64,000 nt of DNA from NCBI GenBank assembly GCA_030248215.1, contig JASANG010003810.1, positions 62,001-126,000 on the forward strand, read 5' to 3'. The notes below the pieces were generated by a model, which was not told where the DNA came from, made no database searches, and worked only from the letters and a program-made list of their open reading frames with translations. Positions 51,488 to 64,000 of the stretch are shown piece after piece; the stretch's first letter is position 1; every line of letters starts with the position of its first letter. This stretch comes from Enoplolaimus lenunculus (Eukaryota). The position numbers and the translations under genes were made by a program.

Positions 51488-54400
51488 TTAAACTTTTGAC
51501 ATAAACAATTTGTTGTTCATTGAAATACTACTGAATTGCCGTTTAAGTACTCGTTTCAAAATTTTACCGCTTGGACCTTTCGGTAAAGTTTCAACGAAAA
51601 CGATGCCTCCGTGTAAGTGTTTATGACTGGACAGCTTATCAGCGACCATGGCGTGAATTTCAGCTGCAACGACTTCTTCAAAACGTGATTTCTAAATGTT
51701 TTGAACAATTTGTTAAGAGTTTAAAAAAATTCAAATTTAACATAAAATTTACACTGCAAAAAATGGTCAGTCGAATTGACCCTCTCCGAGGCTTTTCGGA
51801 ACTACGCAAATTGAGTCAAAATTCGACTCCGACAGAGTCAAACGTGCGCCTCAGTGAGTCGAATTTGACTTCGACGGAGTCGAATTTTGACTCAATTTGT
51901 GTAGTCCCAACAAGCATATTTCGGAGAGCGTCAATTTGACTCACCATTTTTTGCAGTGTAGGATTTCAGTTATAACTTTAGAGGTTTTATAACCTATTTG
52001 TCGTTTTAATGCTAAAATTCACAATTAGGACAGCGCTATACTTTCGATTGCGTCCGGACCAGGCTGTCATTTGTACGGCAACGGACAATAAGAACGGCGT
52101 CATACGACAAGTATAGCACAACCCTAACTTTTCTAAGCATATAAAGCTCAAAGGCATGTACAAGAAAGACTGGTAATGTTAGTTTTAGGGCCGTGATAGA
52201 AGATTAAGTCAAAGCATAAGCCTAAGCGATGAAAACAGTGTAAACCAAAGCTTAAGCTTAAGCAATGAAATATAGTGTAAAATCTAAACCTACTCTTTTG
52301 CAGTTTCACCAGAAAACGAGACCGTACTAAAAGTATATATAACACAGAAGACACTGTACACAGAGCATATATCGGATTGATATTTATGAAAAGTATACGA
52401 ACTTTTATAGGTGACTTTTAACTTTTACCGATGCTACAATTAGTCCACTGCTTTCTAAACGACCAAATTAACCTCACCGGCTGTGTTTGGTTCCAAAATT
52501 ACTCAGCTAAAATTGTACTCGGTCAAAATGAAATTCTCGCGGTTCCCTGCGTAGACGAAAGAGCTGAACACATTCGACAATAGTCTTTTACCAGGTTTGA
52601 CCGGTCATCAGAGGCCTGTCGGGCAAAGCGAAAATATCCGCCGGCAGGTTCGCAATTTGAGCCATTGAACAAAATTTGAAAATTTTGGTTGCGTAATTAT
52701 TTTTCTAAACGATCGCTGTTGAGTCGGTTTACATCAAATTGTCGAGGCTGAGTTTGAGTGCCAGTTCAGCGATTGACTGTTCGCCTAAAACTGGTACCCC
52801 CAGCCGGAAACCTACCGATTTCAGAACGACACACGCGGTTGGAAGTTCCCCATTGTAACGTCCAGAAGCATCTACGACTCCAAAAACTGCGGCTTCTGAA
52901 ACGTCGGCATGAGCGATCACAACGTCTTCGATTTCCGCCGGTGAAACCTGTAAACAACCACTCGAACCGAGTCATTTTTTGGCAGGCACTTATAGAACAG
53001 GGCCGTTACAGTAGCACAAGCATATTCCTAAGCCTAACGCCTAAGTCTAACGCGTAAGCGTAAAGAATGAGCTTATTCCTAACCTTAAAGCCTAAACCAA
53101 AAGCCTAAGCAAAAAAATTAGCGTAAACTTTAATCTTAGTTTATTGCAGTTCGAAACAAAAAAGTTAAGCCTCTGATCATTACACAGGCCGGAGTTTCTT
53201 AGGCTTAGGTTTAGGCTTACGATTTTTCAATCATAAATGTAATAAAATGTACAATACACGAAATTATAATTGATTTCGCCAATTTTGGCAACTCCAGTAA
53301 GTTCTCAATGGTAACCACGTAGGCAAAGACTTAGGATTTTTTCTAACTGTTACTAAACTTGGCCCATGTTACTTTTAGGACTGTCCCGGTTTCTGGTGGG
53401 TCTTTAAAAGAGTAGGCTCACATTCTAGACTACAGTGTTTTGCTTCGGCTTACGCTTCAGTGTAAATTCCAATGAGTTAATTAATCAACTCAGACCAATA
53501 GTTATTTCTGAGTTAGTAAAAGTTAACCTTAACTCACTCTGAGTTGAGTTGACACTGGGTGAGTTGACTAATTAAATCAGAATGTGCTGATTCAACTCAA
53601 AATTAAGAGTTCTGACAGACCTGACAGACTGAGTGATTGAACTCATTCTGAGTTAAAATCAACTCTCTGGAATTTACAGTGATAGGCTTAGGCATAGGCT
53701 TAGGAATACGCTTTTGCAACGCTTAGGCTTAAAGTTTAGGCTTAAGAATACGCTTACTCTACTGTTACGGCCCTAAAAGTAACATTGGCTCCAATCTTAA
53801 GTAATAAAACGTACAACTAGACAAGTAGTGTGGCTCCTTTAATATTGACAAGATATATCGAACCACGCTGATGACAACATTTACCATTAAAGTTGAAAAG
53901 TACCCAACCTAATGAACCAAAAATGGAAAATGAAACCAAAGGTTTTCCCATTTTACCTGATTTCCTTTAAACTTTATCAGTTCCTTTAACCGATCGGTGA
54001 CATACAAATTACCAGACGTATCGACATACCCAATATCGCCTAAAATTGTATACAGTAGGGTACATCTGGATGTCTACCACCGGCTCCGGCTCCAGCAGAT
54101 GACGACAATTAACTAATTAACCATCATTTTTACTACCTAATTTCGCCTCACCTCCGGCTCCGGCAAGTTTCATTGACCTCCGGCTTCGGCTCCGGCTCCG
54201 GCAAGTTTCATTGACCTCCGGCTTCGGCTCCGGTATTTTTCATCTCCGGTTGCAAACAGGTATTTCAGTAAGTAATTACGTTGCTAAATTAACATTTGAA
54301 TAAAATTTAACTACGCAGAATAAGTGGATCTATACGACAATTCGTCACACGACAATTTGTCGCCCAGCAGTGTCCTAAAACCTGAATGAATCAATAACGT

Positions 54401-56867
54401 AAGCAGAATCCTGAGGGTAATCCTATGCATATGGGATAATGATGGACGATGAATTGTCGAGTCGACAAAATTTTGGATTTACAAGTCGTCGGTCGACGAG
54501 TTGTTGTGATACCGAAAATGCATTGCATATAAACGGGCTACGAGTATCATTATAGGACCTTTGCATGGGCTTAATAATTGTCATTTATTCATTTACATCT
54601 TAAACTTTTGGGTCGAAAATACGATGGGACAAAATAGGCATTGTCTCCTGCGCAATGGCGGATCCACGGGGGGGCACCCCGGCCGTGGCCCCCCCAACAG
54701 CATCTCGACAAAAATTATATAGTGTCAATTGCTGTTCTGCGCTGTTTATTTCTCTGTTTTATATACAATAGTATAAGCACGCTTTTAGGTTTCTTGGCCC
54801 TGGAGTCATTTATGCGCTACAATTAGGGATAATACACGTCTATGGACTCTAAACAAGGGATTAAGGACTCTACCCGCTTACGGATTCTTATTAGGGATAG
54901 GTACGGACTCCTATTAATTGGGACTCAAAACGGGGATCTCCCTCTTATATGGGTCACTACAGTATGGGTCAAAAATAAGTTGATTACCTGTGAAATTTTG
55001 CCCCCCATTTTGAGATCCTGGATCCGAAACTGTTCGCCTCCAAACTCAAAATTATTAAATAAAATATGAAAAATTCAATGCTTGTAAAATTTTGTTTGCC
55101 CGAAAAAAATCGCCTGCTACTATTTCTATTACCAGTTTCTGGCTGTGAAACATGTATTTTCCATAGAATTTTGCTCCACTTGACACAACAAAAGCCTAAA
55201 AACTCCAATTGACACAGCGATTAATTTTGCTAAAATCTCGTGTCTATGTCCGAAATCATACGCCAAGTGTCATCTTTCAACCTTAGTGTAACAGATCCCA
55301 TCCCGCACAGAAAGAGTGTCGCTTTAACAGGACCCAGAACCGGAAGTATTCTGGTCCGCGGTCACACGACCCGTCTTGCCCTACGAGGGTGGTTTTTTAG
55401 TCGCCTTATGCGTTTTTTACGCTAGATCAAAAAACAATACAGTAGTGAGCCGAATAAGAGCAGGGAGACTGATATCTATTTGGCCTCTCCAGCGGGAACC
55501 CTGTTATATGGTTACGGACTGTTATTTATTTTTAACCCACCCTCTGGTACTTGAAGTCAAATTAATTTGGATCTGGAGTCATTTATGAACAATTAGGGAT
55601 AATTGACGTTTATGGACTCTAAAAGTTACACTCTTTTTGATTTTGACAAGTCAAACGTGAGAGAATCCCCATGGGGGCGGATACAACAAAAAATCCCGAG
55701 GGTAAAGGCGGGTTCGACGATTGCAAGATGAACACTTACAGCTCTTTCTGATTGTGATAAGTTTACGGAAACTTACCAGTTCGCACGTACCCATCGACCA
55801 TCAACATTTTGCTGGTTTCTTCCGGCAAATCCAAATATCCGTTCATAATACCGGGACCCCGGACACAAATTTCACCAACTTCAGTCGCGTTCAGTATCCG
55901 CCCAGAACTGACACATCGGATCTGTTGCATATACTTGACTAACTTTAAGTATGCATGGAGAAGTATAAACTTTAGGCAAATAGGAAGCTAAGGCGCATCA
56001 AAAATTTGGATGGCTCAGTTTTCTTTCTGACAAAGGATGACAAGTTTTCGCACATCGACAGAAGAACCTTTGCCAGATATGGTTCATAAAACAAAAAAAT
56101 TCGGTTGTATATTGAACAAACGATTTTCGTTCCCTCCTATACGATGGCACGTACTTTGACGGGACCGGCCCGTAGCAAAGACGGGAAGGGCAGCGGGGCT
56201 CAGCCCCCATGGAAAAATGTTGGCCCCTTGGAGGATTTGCAATCTTGCTTGCAATTGATTGAAAACCGTTGATTGCCTCTCCTGAAAGTTTTTAGCCCCC
56301 CTAGCAAGGTGAGCTGGCTACGGGCCTGAACATGACTCAGCGCAATCTAAGTAAAAATTGCAATCTGGCAACTTTTACTGCAACCTGCAAACTGTTAGGG
56401 TGACGCTATAAATTTTGAATATTTCAACGCCGCCCAACGCCGCCCAACGCCGTACGGCAACGCACATGGACTGTCGCAAGGTACCGTATGTATCCTAAGG
56501 CGCCGTACAAGATCGAATAAGTTGTACAATACATACATCACCACCGTAACTATTCGTGCAAATTTAAACTAAAAAGGGCGACAACACCCCTAATACAACA
56601 GCGGGGAGTCATTAAAATAGGTTTGCCAGCATCGCCAAAGTTATTACAGCTTGCACCCTTACCCTCAGATCAGACATGAAACCGCATTTTTCACGTTTTG
56701 TAATTGGTAATTAGAAGCACTACTGCAACCGGTTGTATGGAAAGCAAAACCATTTTTACCTGTAACTCGACATCTGGCAAAACCAAACCAGCAGATTTCG
56801 GCGATACAGAGTCGAGTAGCAAAGACGGTGTCGCCGTTAACATGCCCGTCTCAGTTAGACCATAGTT
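51488..56867 (-). CDS. AMP-binding acyl-CoA synthetase, 4-coumarate-CoA ligase/luciferase-like, partial (3' exons only); C-terminal PTS1-like SKV
   Basis: Minus-strand exons 56867-56760 (NYGLTETGML...), 55921-55777 (GEICVRGPGIMNGY...DGYVRTG), 54039-53957 (DIGYVD..LYVTDRLKELIKFKGNQ), 52947-52816 (VSPAEIEDVVIAHADVSEAAVFG...GELPTACVVLKS), 51691-51488 (...HLHGGIVFVETLPKGPSGKILKR...MSKV*). All junctions are GT-AG and phase-compatible. Confidence 0.92.
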
Positions 56868-57349
56868 CTAGAACAGAATAAAACACTAAAAACAAATTCA
56901 ATTACGCTAGTAAACGTAATAATTTTGGCGTGTTTTTTAAATTTGATGTTGACGACGGCGCCGCAATGACTACCGTCTACTCCCTAGAAAAGAAGCCATA
57001 GGCACTAAGGAATGCGGTAAAATTCACCCGCAATGAGTGTTTGTACAACATTTTACGCTGCGACTTAGGTGCAATTTGTAATGTTTATATTATCTCATTA
57101 AATTATTTAAATTAATAAATAAAATGAAAAAACTAAGGAATGTAAGGGGATGAATACCCTCGTAAGTACACAAGCGTTACATCTACATTTTCGAAAACAG
57201 AAGCTTTCTGCAGGTAGCAATCCCTATGTCTGCTCAAAAAGCGGTGCCAGCAGAGCCAGCAGCCACGTATAGATGAACCGGCCAATATTACTTTTAAGGC
57301 CGTAACAGTGTTCTTTTTTCTGCCTGCTTCAATTTTGCAGCAGCAATAT

Positions 57350-60300
57350 TAATTAAATACGTCTCTATTATCTCTAACCATGCATTTACAGAAATGTCGC
57401 TTTTGCAGAAGGGCCAAGGCTGTTTCCTCACCAATGCTATGTTTTACTATGCGCTTTCTGATTAGTGCTAATCGTTTTGATTTCTCAAAGACCACCCGGC
57501 GATGCTTAGTATCCTTCTGATTGTACAAATTATGGCTAAGCACAAAGCCCTTTGCACGGCAACGAATAGCACGTTCTAAGCTAAATTTTGTTTTCTAAGG
57601 CAATCTAACACGTACATTACATATATTAGGTGTTAGATAATTGTAATGTGGCATTATGCAAACACTTGACACAAAAGTCAATTTTAACCATACAAATTTA
57701 AACAATAACATAACATGTCCGAGGCTGTAATAGTTCATCAAAATTATTTACTCTTTACTCAAGTCATGCCTAGATTAATTCTTCTAATAACGTTCTTCAC
57801 AGATGTTGACTGAATGGTCTTTGCAGATTGCCATAAAGCAGCGAATGCATTCGTCCGACGTCTTACGACCCGTTTTTCCGGACACACTGAACGTTTGCGC
57901 TTCTTAGGACCTTCACTTCGACCAACAGCATTTTGAACTTCTTGCTTTACCGAGGCGCTGAAGGGCAGTACAAATCGGACGTTGCAACTGGGAATGCTTG
58001 ATCGATTAGCAGAACAACCACAGTATGGATTAGCATTCAACCCAGCGTGTTCCTTCAGCGACGAGTAGAAACAGTATCCTCCCATACTTGTCATGCTTAA
58101 GCAAGATTTGCCTTAATATAGACAACCCTCAAAAAGGTCTCACGTCTCTGATTATAATACGTATTCAAATATATCATCCAAAACATAAAAGTAATCTTTA
58201 TCGTGTGAATATCTACCTTAAACCCTCCTCCACTGAAAGAACGACATAGTAATGAGTGTTGCTCTCATTCCTATGATACAGCACGTTCTTTTTGGTCTCT
58301 GTTGAATAAAAGTTGTTACAGAACAAATGCCATAAAGGTTTTTTGTCGACTGTTTGACAAATTCTATGTCAAAATCAAACAAACACGATGTGCAAAAGTT
58401 TCAACATCGGTTTCCCATGTTGTAGTGTTTCTTACACCATTATTTTTAACGTAGACTACCACGCCTTCTTTGAAGTCTTTCATAATAACGTGAACAGTCA
58501 GTTTTCGGGGCACAATATGGTGGGCCTCAATTCCAGTCATTACATATGACAGTATCCGGTAGTAGCAGTTGCCGTCTCCAAGAATAACCTTGATTGTTTT
58601 AGGTTTGACCAAAGCAGTTGATGACCTTATTACTAAAGACTTAAGATCGGTTTTAATGTTCAACCGTTTGACACATGTAGCAATGCATGCTGAAACATTG
58701 GGGATCAATTCAATTGGTTTTTTGCCTCTTTCAATATTACGACAGGAACATTGTTCAAAAACATCACTAATATCTCTAACCGTGCATTCCCAGAATGTCC
58801 TTTTTACAGAAGGGCCAAGGCTGTTTCGTCACCAAAGCTTTGGCTTACTATGCGCTTTTTGATTACGGCGAGTCGTTCTGATTTTTGAAAAGCCACGCCG
58901 CGACGTTAAGCATCTTTCGGATTGTACATACTATGGCTAAGCACAAAGTCTTTTGCAGTGCGACGAATAGCACGTCTTGAGCTTAGCCTTGTTTTTGAAA
59001 GCGCCTTCTCATATCCATCTGTCGTACCGTCTGCAACATATTCTATTAAACTCATTTTAACTGGTATAGCACATAACATAATCAAAAACTACTAACTAAT
59101 AATGTGAGGCTCTCATATGTTGGTTTGCAAGCTATGGTGAGTTATGTGTATATAGTGCAACTTTTACAATACCGTTTGATTCCAAAATAACCAAGAAAGC
59201 ATTTTTCTGTGCTGAAATTTAAAGTAATTTTGAACAATACGGTAAAATTGAAATTTCATAACATTAACTACTAAAGTGGAAATAAGAGCTGAACAGAAAT
59301 TTTATTATAACAAGCAAAACGTCAAACGTTAATTGCCGTACGGTGCGCTATTTGTTTCAATATCCATGTTGATGTCGCTACTATTTGACTGATAAAACCG
59401 AAAAACCATTCACACATGCTGAGAAAAAATTTCACATGCCTGCTCAACATATTGTTCCTCTTCGTCGTTTGCTGTATCGTTGTCACCGCTTTTCCTGTCT
59501 GCCATTGTTCAGCGCCATTGTTTCCGAACAAATTAAAAAGTACTATCCTACAATATCTATATTAAAACAGCGCGTTTCAACACTTCTATTCTTTTGATAT
59601 GTAACCTTAATAAAAAAGAACTCACGACTCAAGTTTAATGCAACTTGACATGCCCAGATCAAGATCTGATAACAAAATTTTCAGGTTTGCACTGCTAATA
59701 TTAAAGAGTATGAGCGTATTTAGTTCACATTAATTTCCCGTATAATACAAATTTCAATTTTGTTTCAAATTTTCAGCCAATAGAGCGTGCTAGTATAATT
59801 AGCGCAAATTCACAGGCTGTAAAATTTAACATGACATATATTAGGTCTTATATAATTGTTATGTGGCATTATGCAAACACTTGACACCTAAAAAGATCTT
59901 GACCCGATTAATTTTACATATATAAGGTCTTAGTTAAATGGAAGGAAAATTATACAAACACATGACACCTAAAACGAACTTGACTTGATTATTTTTTTAT
60001 GTTTAATTCTTAAAAGTACAAGATTTTTTTACCAACATTCCGGAACAAAATGGGTCAATTTGACCCAGACAAGTTTAAACAAAAGCAAGACAATTCCGAT
60101 GCTATAATGATTCATCAAAGACATTTACTTTTTACTCAAGTCACACCTAGGTTATTTTTCCTAATAACATTCTTACCAGATGATGACTGAATGGTCTTTG
60201 CACATTGCCTTAAAGTAGCAATTGCATTCATCCGACGTCTTACGACCCGATTTTCCGGGCACACTGAACAACGTTTAACGAAAGCTTTCATTTCTTCCTT

Positions 60301-62600
60301 GGAGTATTTCATAATAACGTCAACAGTTGGAATATGTAGCACAATATGGTGGGCCTCAGTTCAAGTTATTATACATTACCGTACCCGATAGTAGCAGTTG
60401 CCGTCTCTAAGAATAACCTTGACTGTTTTAGGTTTGGCGAGAACAGCTGATGATCTTATTGGACGCTTAAGATCGGTTTTAATGTTCAAGCGGTTGGCAT
60501 ATGTAGCAATGCATGCTGAACCTCTTGGGATCAACTCATTTAGTTCTTTTTTGAATGCTTCAATATTGTGGCAGGAACATTATTTAAATACGTTAAGTAA
60601 TATCTCTAACCATGCATTCCCAGAAATGTCATTTTTGCAGAAGGGCCGGCCCAGGCTGTGTTTCCTCATCTATACTGTGTTTTACTCTGCCCTATTTTAA
60701 TTAGTGCGAGTCGTTCTGATTTCTCAAAGACCACGCGGCGACGTTTACATTGTTCTGATTGTACAAAATATTATAGCTAAGCACAAAGTCCTTTGCACGG
60801 CGACGAAGAGCGAGCGCGTTTTGAACTATCCCAGAAATTCTACAACGTATTGTATTAAACTCATTTTAACAGATAAAATTCTTGCTCATCATCATCATCA
60901 TCATCTTATTCGTCTAGCATATCATCTGTAAATAAAACTTCAAAAAATGTAACGAGTCAGCGTCTCCTGATACGGTTTTAAGAATCTTACGCTGTTTAAT
61001 AAATGAAAGATTGTGAAGTGACCTCTAAATTGTTGCTGAGGTCAAAATATAATGGTATGAAAACAAAATACATTAGGGGGTCAAAATATTATACGACACC
61101 GGTCTGCCGACCGACCGGCCCGGCCGCCGGTCTACACGCCGGCCGGCAGCCGCTGACACCTCTAATCCGGATCTTGTATTGAACACGTATTAGACATATT
61201 TATTTTAACAGTTGTCGGCCGGAAAAAAATTACCGGAAAAAAGTTTTTTATTTTTACCGAGGGGGTAATTGCAAAATACTTGAAATAGTTCAAACAAGAA
61301 CAAAACAGAAATCAGCAAAACAAAGCTCGTGAATTAGAATTCAGTAGGAGCGTGCTAGAACGATAAGCGCAATTTCACAGGCTGCAAAATTTAACATGAC
61401 ATATATTAGTTCTAATGTGGCATTATACAAACATTTGACACCTAAAAACTTAGTTAATTGGAATGTGGTATTATGCAAACACTTGACATTTAAAAAGAAC
61501 TTGACTCGATTATTTTTTCTGTTCAATTCTTAAATGTACAAGATGTTTACCTACATCCAGGTACAAAAGGATCAATTTGACCCGGACAAGTTTAAACAAA
61601 AGCAAAACAATTCCGATGCCATAATGATTCATCAAAGACATTTACTTTTTATTCAAGTCATACACAGGTTAATTCTCATAATAACATTCTTCGCAGATGA
61701 TGACTGAATGGTCTTTGCGATTGCCTTAAGACGGCGATGGCATTCATCCGACGTCTTACGATCCGATTTTCCGGCACACTGAACAACGTTTGCGTTTTTG
61801 AATCCTTCATATCGACCAGCAGCATTTTCAACTTCTTGCTAAGCTGCGTAGCCGAGGCGCTGAAGGGCAGTACGAGTCGGACGTTGCAACTTGGAATGCT
61901 TGATCGATTACCAGAAAAACCAGGGTATGAATTAGCATTCAACCCAGTGTGTTCCTTCAGCGACGAGTAGAAACAGTATACGATATTTACTGCCTAAATG
62001 CACACAATCCTCAAAAAGGTTTCACCGCTCTGAATATAATGCGTATTAAAATATATTATCCTAAACTTAAAAATAGTCTTTCTCGTGCGAATGTCTACTT
62101 TAAGCCTTTCTCCGCTGAAAGAACGACATAGTAATGAGTGTTGCTCTCATTCGGAAGATACATTACGTTCTTTTTGGTCATTGTGGTATAAAAGTTGGTA
62201 CAGAACAAATACCATACAGGTATGTTATCGACTATTTAAAAAATTACATTCCCAGAAATGTCCTTTTCGCATGAGGGCCAAGACTGTATCCTCACCAATG
62301 CAGTGTCTTGCTATGTGCTTTTTGATTAGTTCGAGTCGTTCTGATTTTTAAAGACCACGCCACGACGTTTGGCATCCTTCTGAATGTATATATTATGGCG
62401 AAGCACAAAGTCCGTTCGAGTGCGACGAATAGCACATCTTGCGCCTAGCCTTGTTTTCGAAAGCGCCTCCTGGTATGCATTTTTCGACCGGGTATTTTCC
62501 TGCCCGAAGAAATTCTGCAACGTATTCTATTAAACTCATTCTAACTGATAAAGCACTTATAACGCAATCTAAAAGAAACTACATCATCTATTAATGACGT
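57350..62600 (-). mobile_element. Tandem array of about 4 partial, diverged 1.4-1.8 kb units encoding decayed OTU cysteine-protease-like domains (transposon-associated)
   Basis: Homologous blocks recur at about 57365, 58770, 60600 and 62245. ORF 58364-58708 has ILGDGNCYYRILS (OTU Cys loop, 58565-58579). An out-of-frame LYHRNESNTHYYVVLSV His loop lies at about 58235-58285. RDGNCYYR recurs at about 60385-60410. Confidence 0.7.
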
Positions 62601-62779
62601 TCACACTATTAGTGTGAGAGTTTATGGGGAGATAGGATCTGATATATTTGTTTGCAAGATATAACGAAAGAAACTAGTTAAAGAAAACTCTCGCAAAGCT
62701 ACCAAATCCAATATATAAATAACAAGTAATATTTTACGTTATTTTTCAGATATTACCTTTGAAACTGCACAGTTATAAC

Positions 62780-63900
62780 AACTGGTAACTTCCATTTTCG
62801 AACTTCATTATTTATATACTTTCAAAGTTATTCTATTGCTCACCAGCGCAAGCTGCGGTGCGCCATTCGATACAGAGCCGTTAGCATGTCAACAAAGTCC
62901 ACGCCGCTCATGTGAGCCTTGTACTTTTTGACTATAGCAGGACGCTGAACCATCACATATTCTCGTCGACTTCGGCCGTAGTGACGGACTGTATAATTTG
63001 GATCTGCTCCAACATATGTCGACGTCAGAGTGACTGACCGATTGTCATACCAACGAACCAGACATGTGTCCGATGTGACGTCAACAGCAGAATCAACTGC
63101 CCTAATCCTGCTTTTTTCAACTCGCTTTCTGATTTTAGGTTGCAGTTTTTGATACGGTTATTTTGCACCGTACCGACACAAAATATTTGTCGGTTTTTCT
63201 ACAAACACCAACAATTGGCCAATTAAAATAGTTGTTGAAGTAAACTTTAAAGTTTGAATTATGTGGCAAAATTTCGCACAGCCAAAGCACCCAAACTCCG
63301 GGAATTTTGCCACAGTTGATTACTGGATGTGGGTTTGATCCATCATAAACAGCAAAATTGTACAGTATACCAGACACCCCACACATTGCGTAAACTTTAA
63401 AACCCCACTTTTTAAGTTTTTTGGGCAAGGACGAGTATTGTTTTTACCCGCTTCTACCTTTAAACGGAATGAACTGCTCGTTTATCGATAATTTTTGTTC
63501 GGGCACAAGTTTTCGACAATTTTTATGAAATTTGTCCAAAAGTGGCCGAATTTTAAACAATCGGTCACGATTAGAATTGGACAAAGATGGACCGTTCTAA
63601 TTATCTATGAAATGGAGACACCGTTTCAGTAACTCAAAACGATTTCATGCCATGAGGTCTGCAATGCAAGAAATTATGGTGTTTCCCTGCCATACAATTC
63701 TGAATCGTTCAGGCTGAATAGCCATCATTTTCATAAAAATGTCAAGCAAAAGAGTTATTTCTTCAAAATTTGTGTTCACGCTTTTGCCAAGTTGGGTAAC
63801 ACTGTACGCATTAGTTTGATTAACAATTTTCGTGATCATTTGACATGTAAAACATTACTTAAAATAATCCATAGGAAGCCTAAGACCGTGCCGATCACCT
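62780..63900 (-). pseudogene. Decayed piggyBac (PGBD, DDE_Tnp_1_7-like) transposase
   Basis: Minus-strand fragments PMDYFK*..MITKIVNQTNAYSVTQLGKSVNT; KLSINEQFIPFKGRSG*KQY; PKKLKKWGFKVYAMCGVSGILYNFAVYDG; NFKVYFNNYF; IVKKYKAHMSGVDFVDMLTALYR. Contains stops and frameshifts, and two catalytic-motif Asp positions read Asn. Confidence 0.88.
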
Positions 63901-64000
63901 GAAAACTGTTCAACATTACTCTGCCACGTTGTATCACCTACCGCTATGAATTAGCCCGCTTGCGAAATTTTGGAACGACAGCAGCTTTAGTTGGTAATGT

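Noticed and set aside
52729..52815. C-terminal extension VGFRLGVPVLG...NLM* of the ligase ORF
   Set aside because: A phase-0 donor (GTAGGT) after ...VVLKS joins to exon 51691-51488 and restores the canonical C-terminal domain, so this stretch is probably intron.

Overview
AT-rich eukaryotic genomic DNA, most likely from a nematode (TTAGGC telomere-type repeats, TTTCAG-type 3' splice sites, a sup-12/RBM24-type gene). Three intron-containing genes can be assembled by hand. (1) The 3' part of an ACP7-type purple acid phosphatase homolog (+, exons 1127-7392) whose metal-binding motifs are degenerate (GNHE>GVFD, GHEH>GHER), probably a pseudo-phosphatase. (2) A complete RBM24/RBM38/SUP-12 RRM splicing-factor gene (+, 33380-46447, 4 exons, 375 aa). 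(3) The 3' part of a 4-coumarate-CoA-ligase/luciferase-like acyl-CoA synthetase (-, 51488-56867) ending in a PTS1-like SKV. The rest is a dense mosaic of non-autonomous DNA transposons and tandem repeats. The most striking is a family of about 25 GG-ended MITEs with 8-bp target-site duplications (Merlin-like) that carry internal telomeric TTAGGC arrays. Also present: TTAA-specific piggyBac-type MITEs carrying a tRNA-derived Pol III promoter, CACTG-ended foldback MITEs, a 34-bp E-box/CRE-half-site array just upstream of the RBM24 gene, and, at the right end, a decayed piggyBac transposase followed by a tandem array of decayed OTU-deubiquitinase-like units. All family assignments are from motif recognition only; no searches were run.
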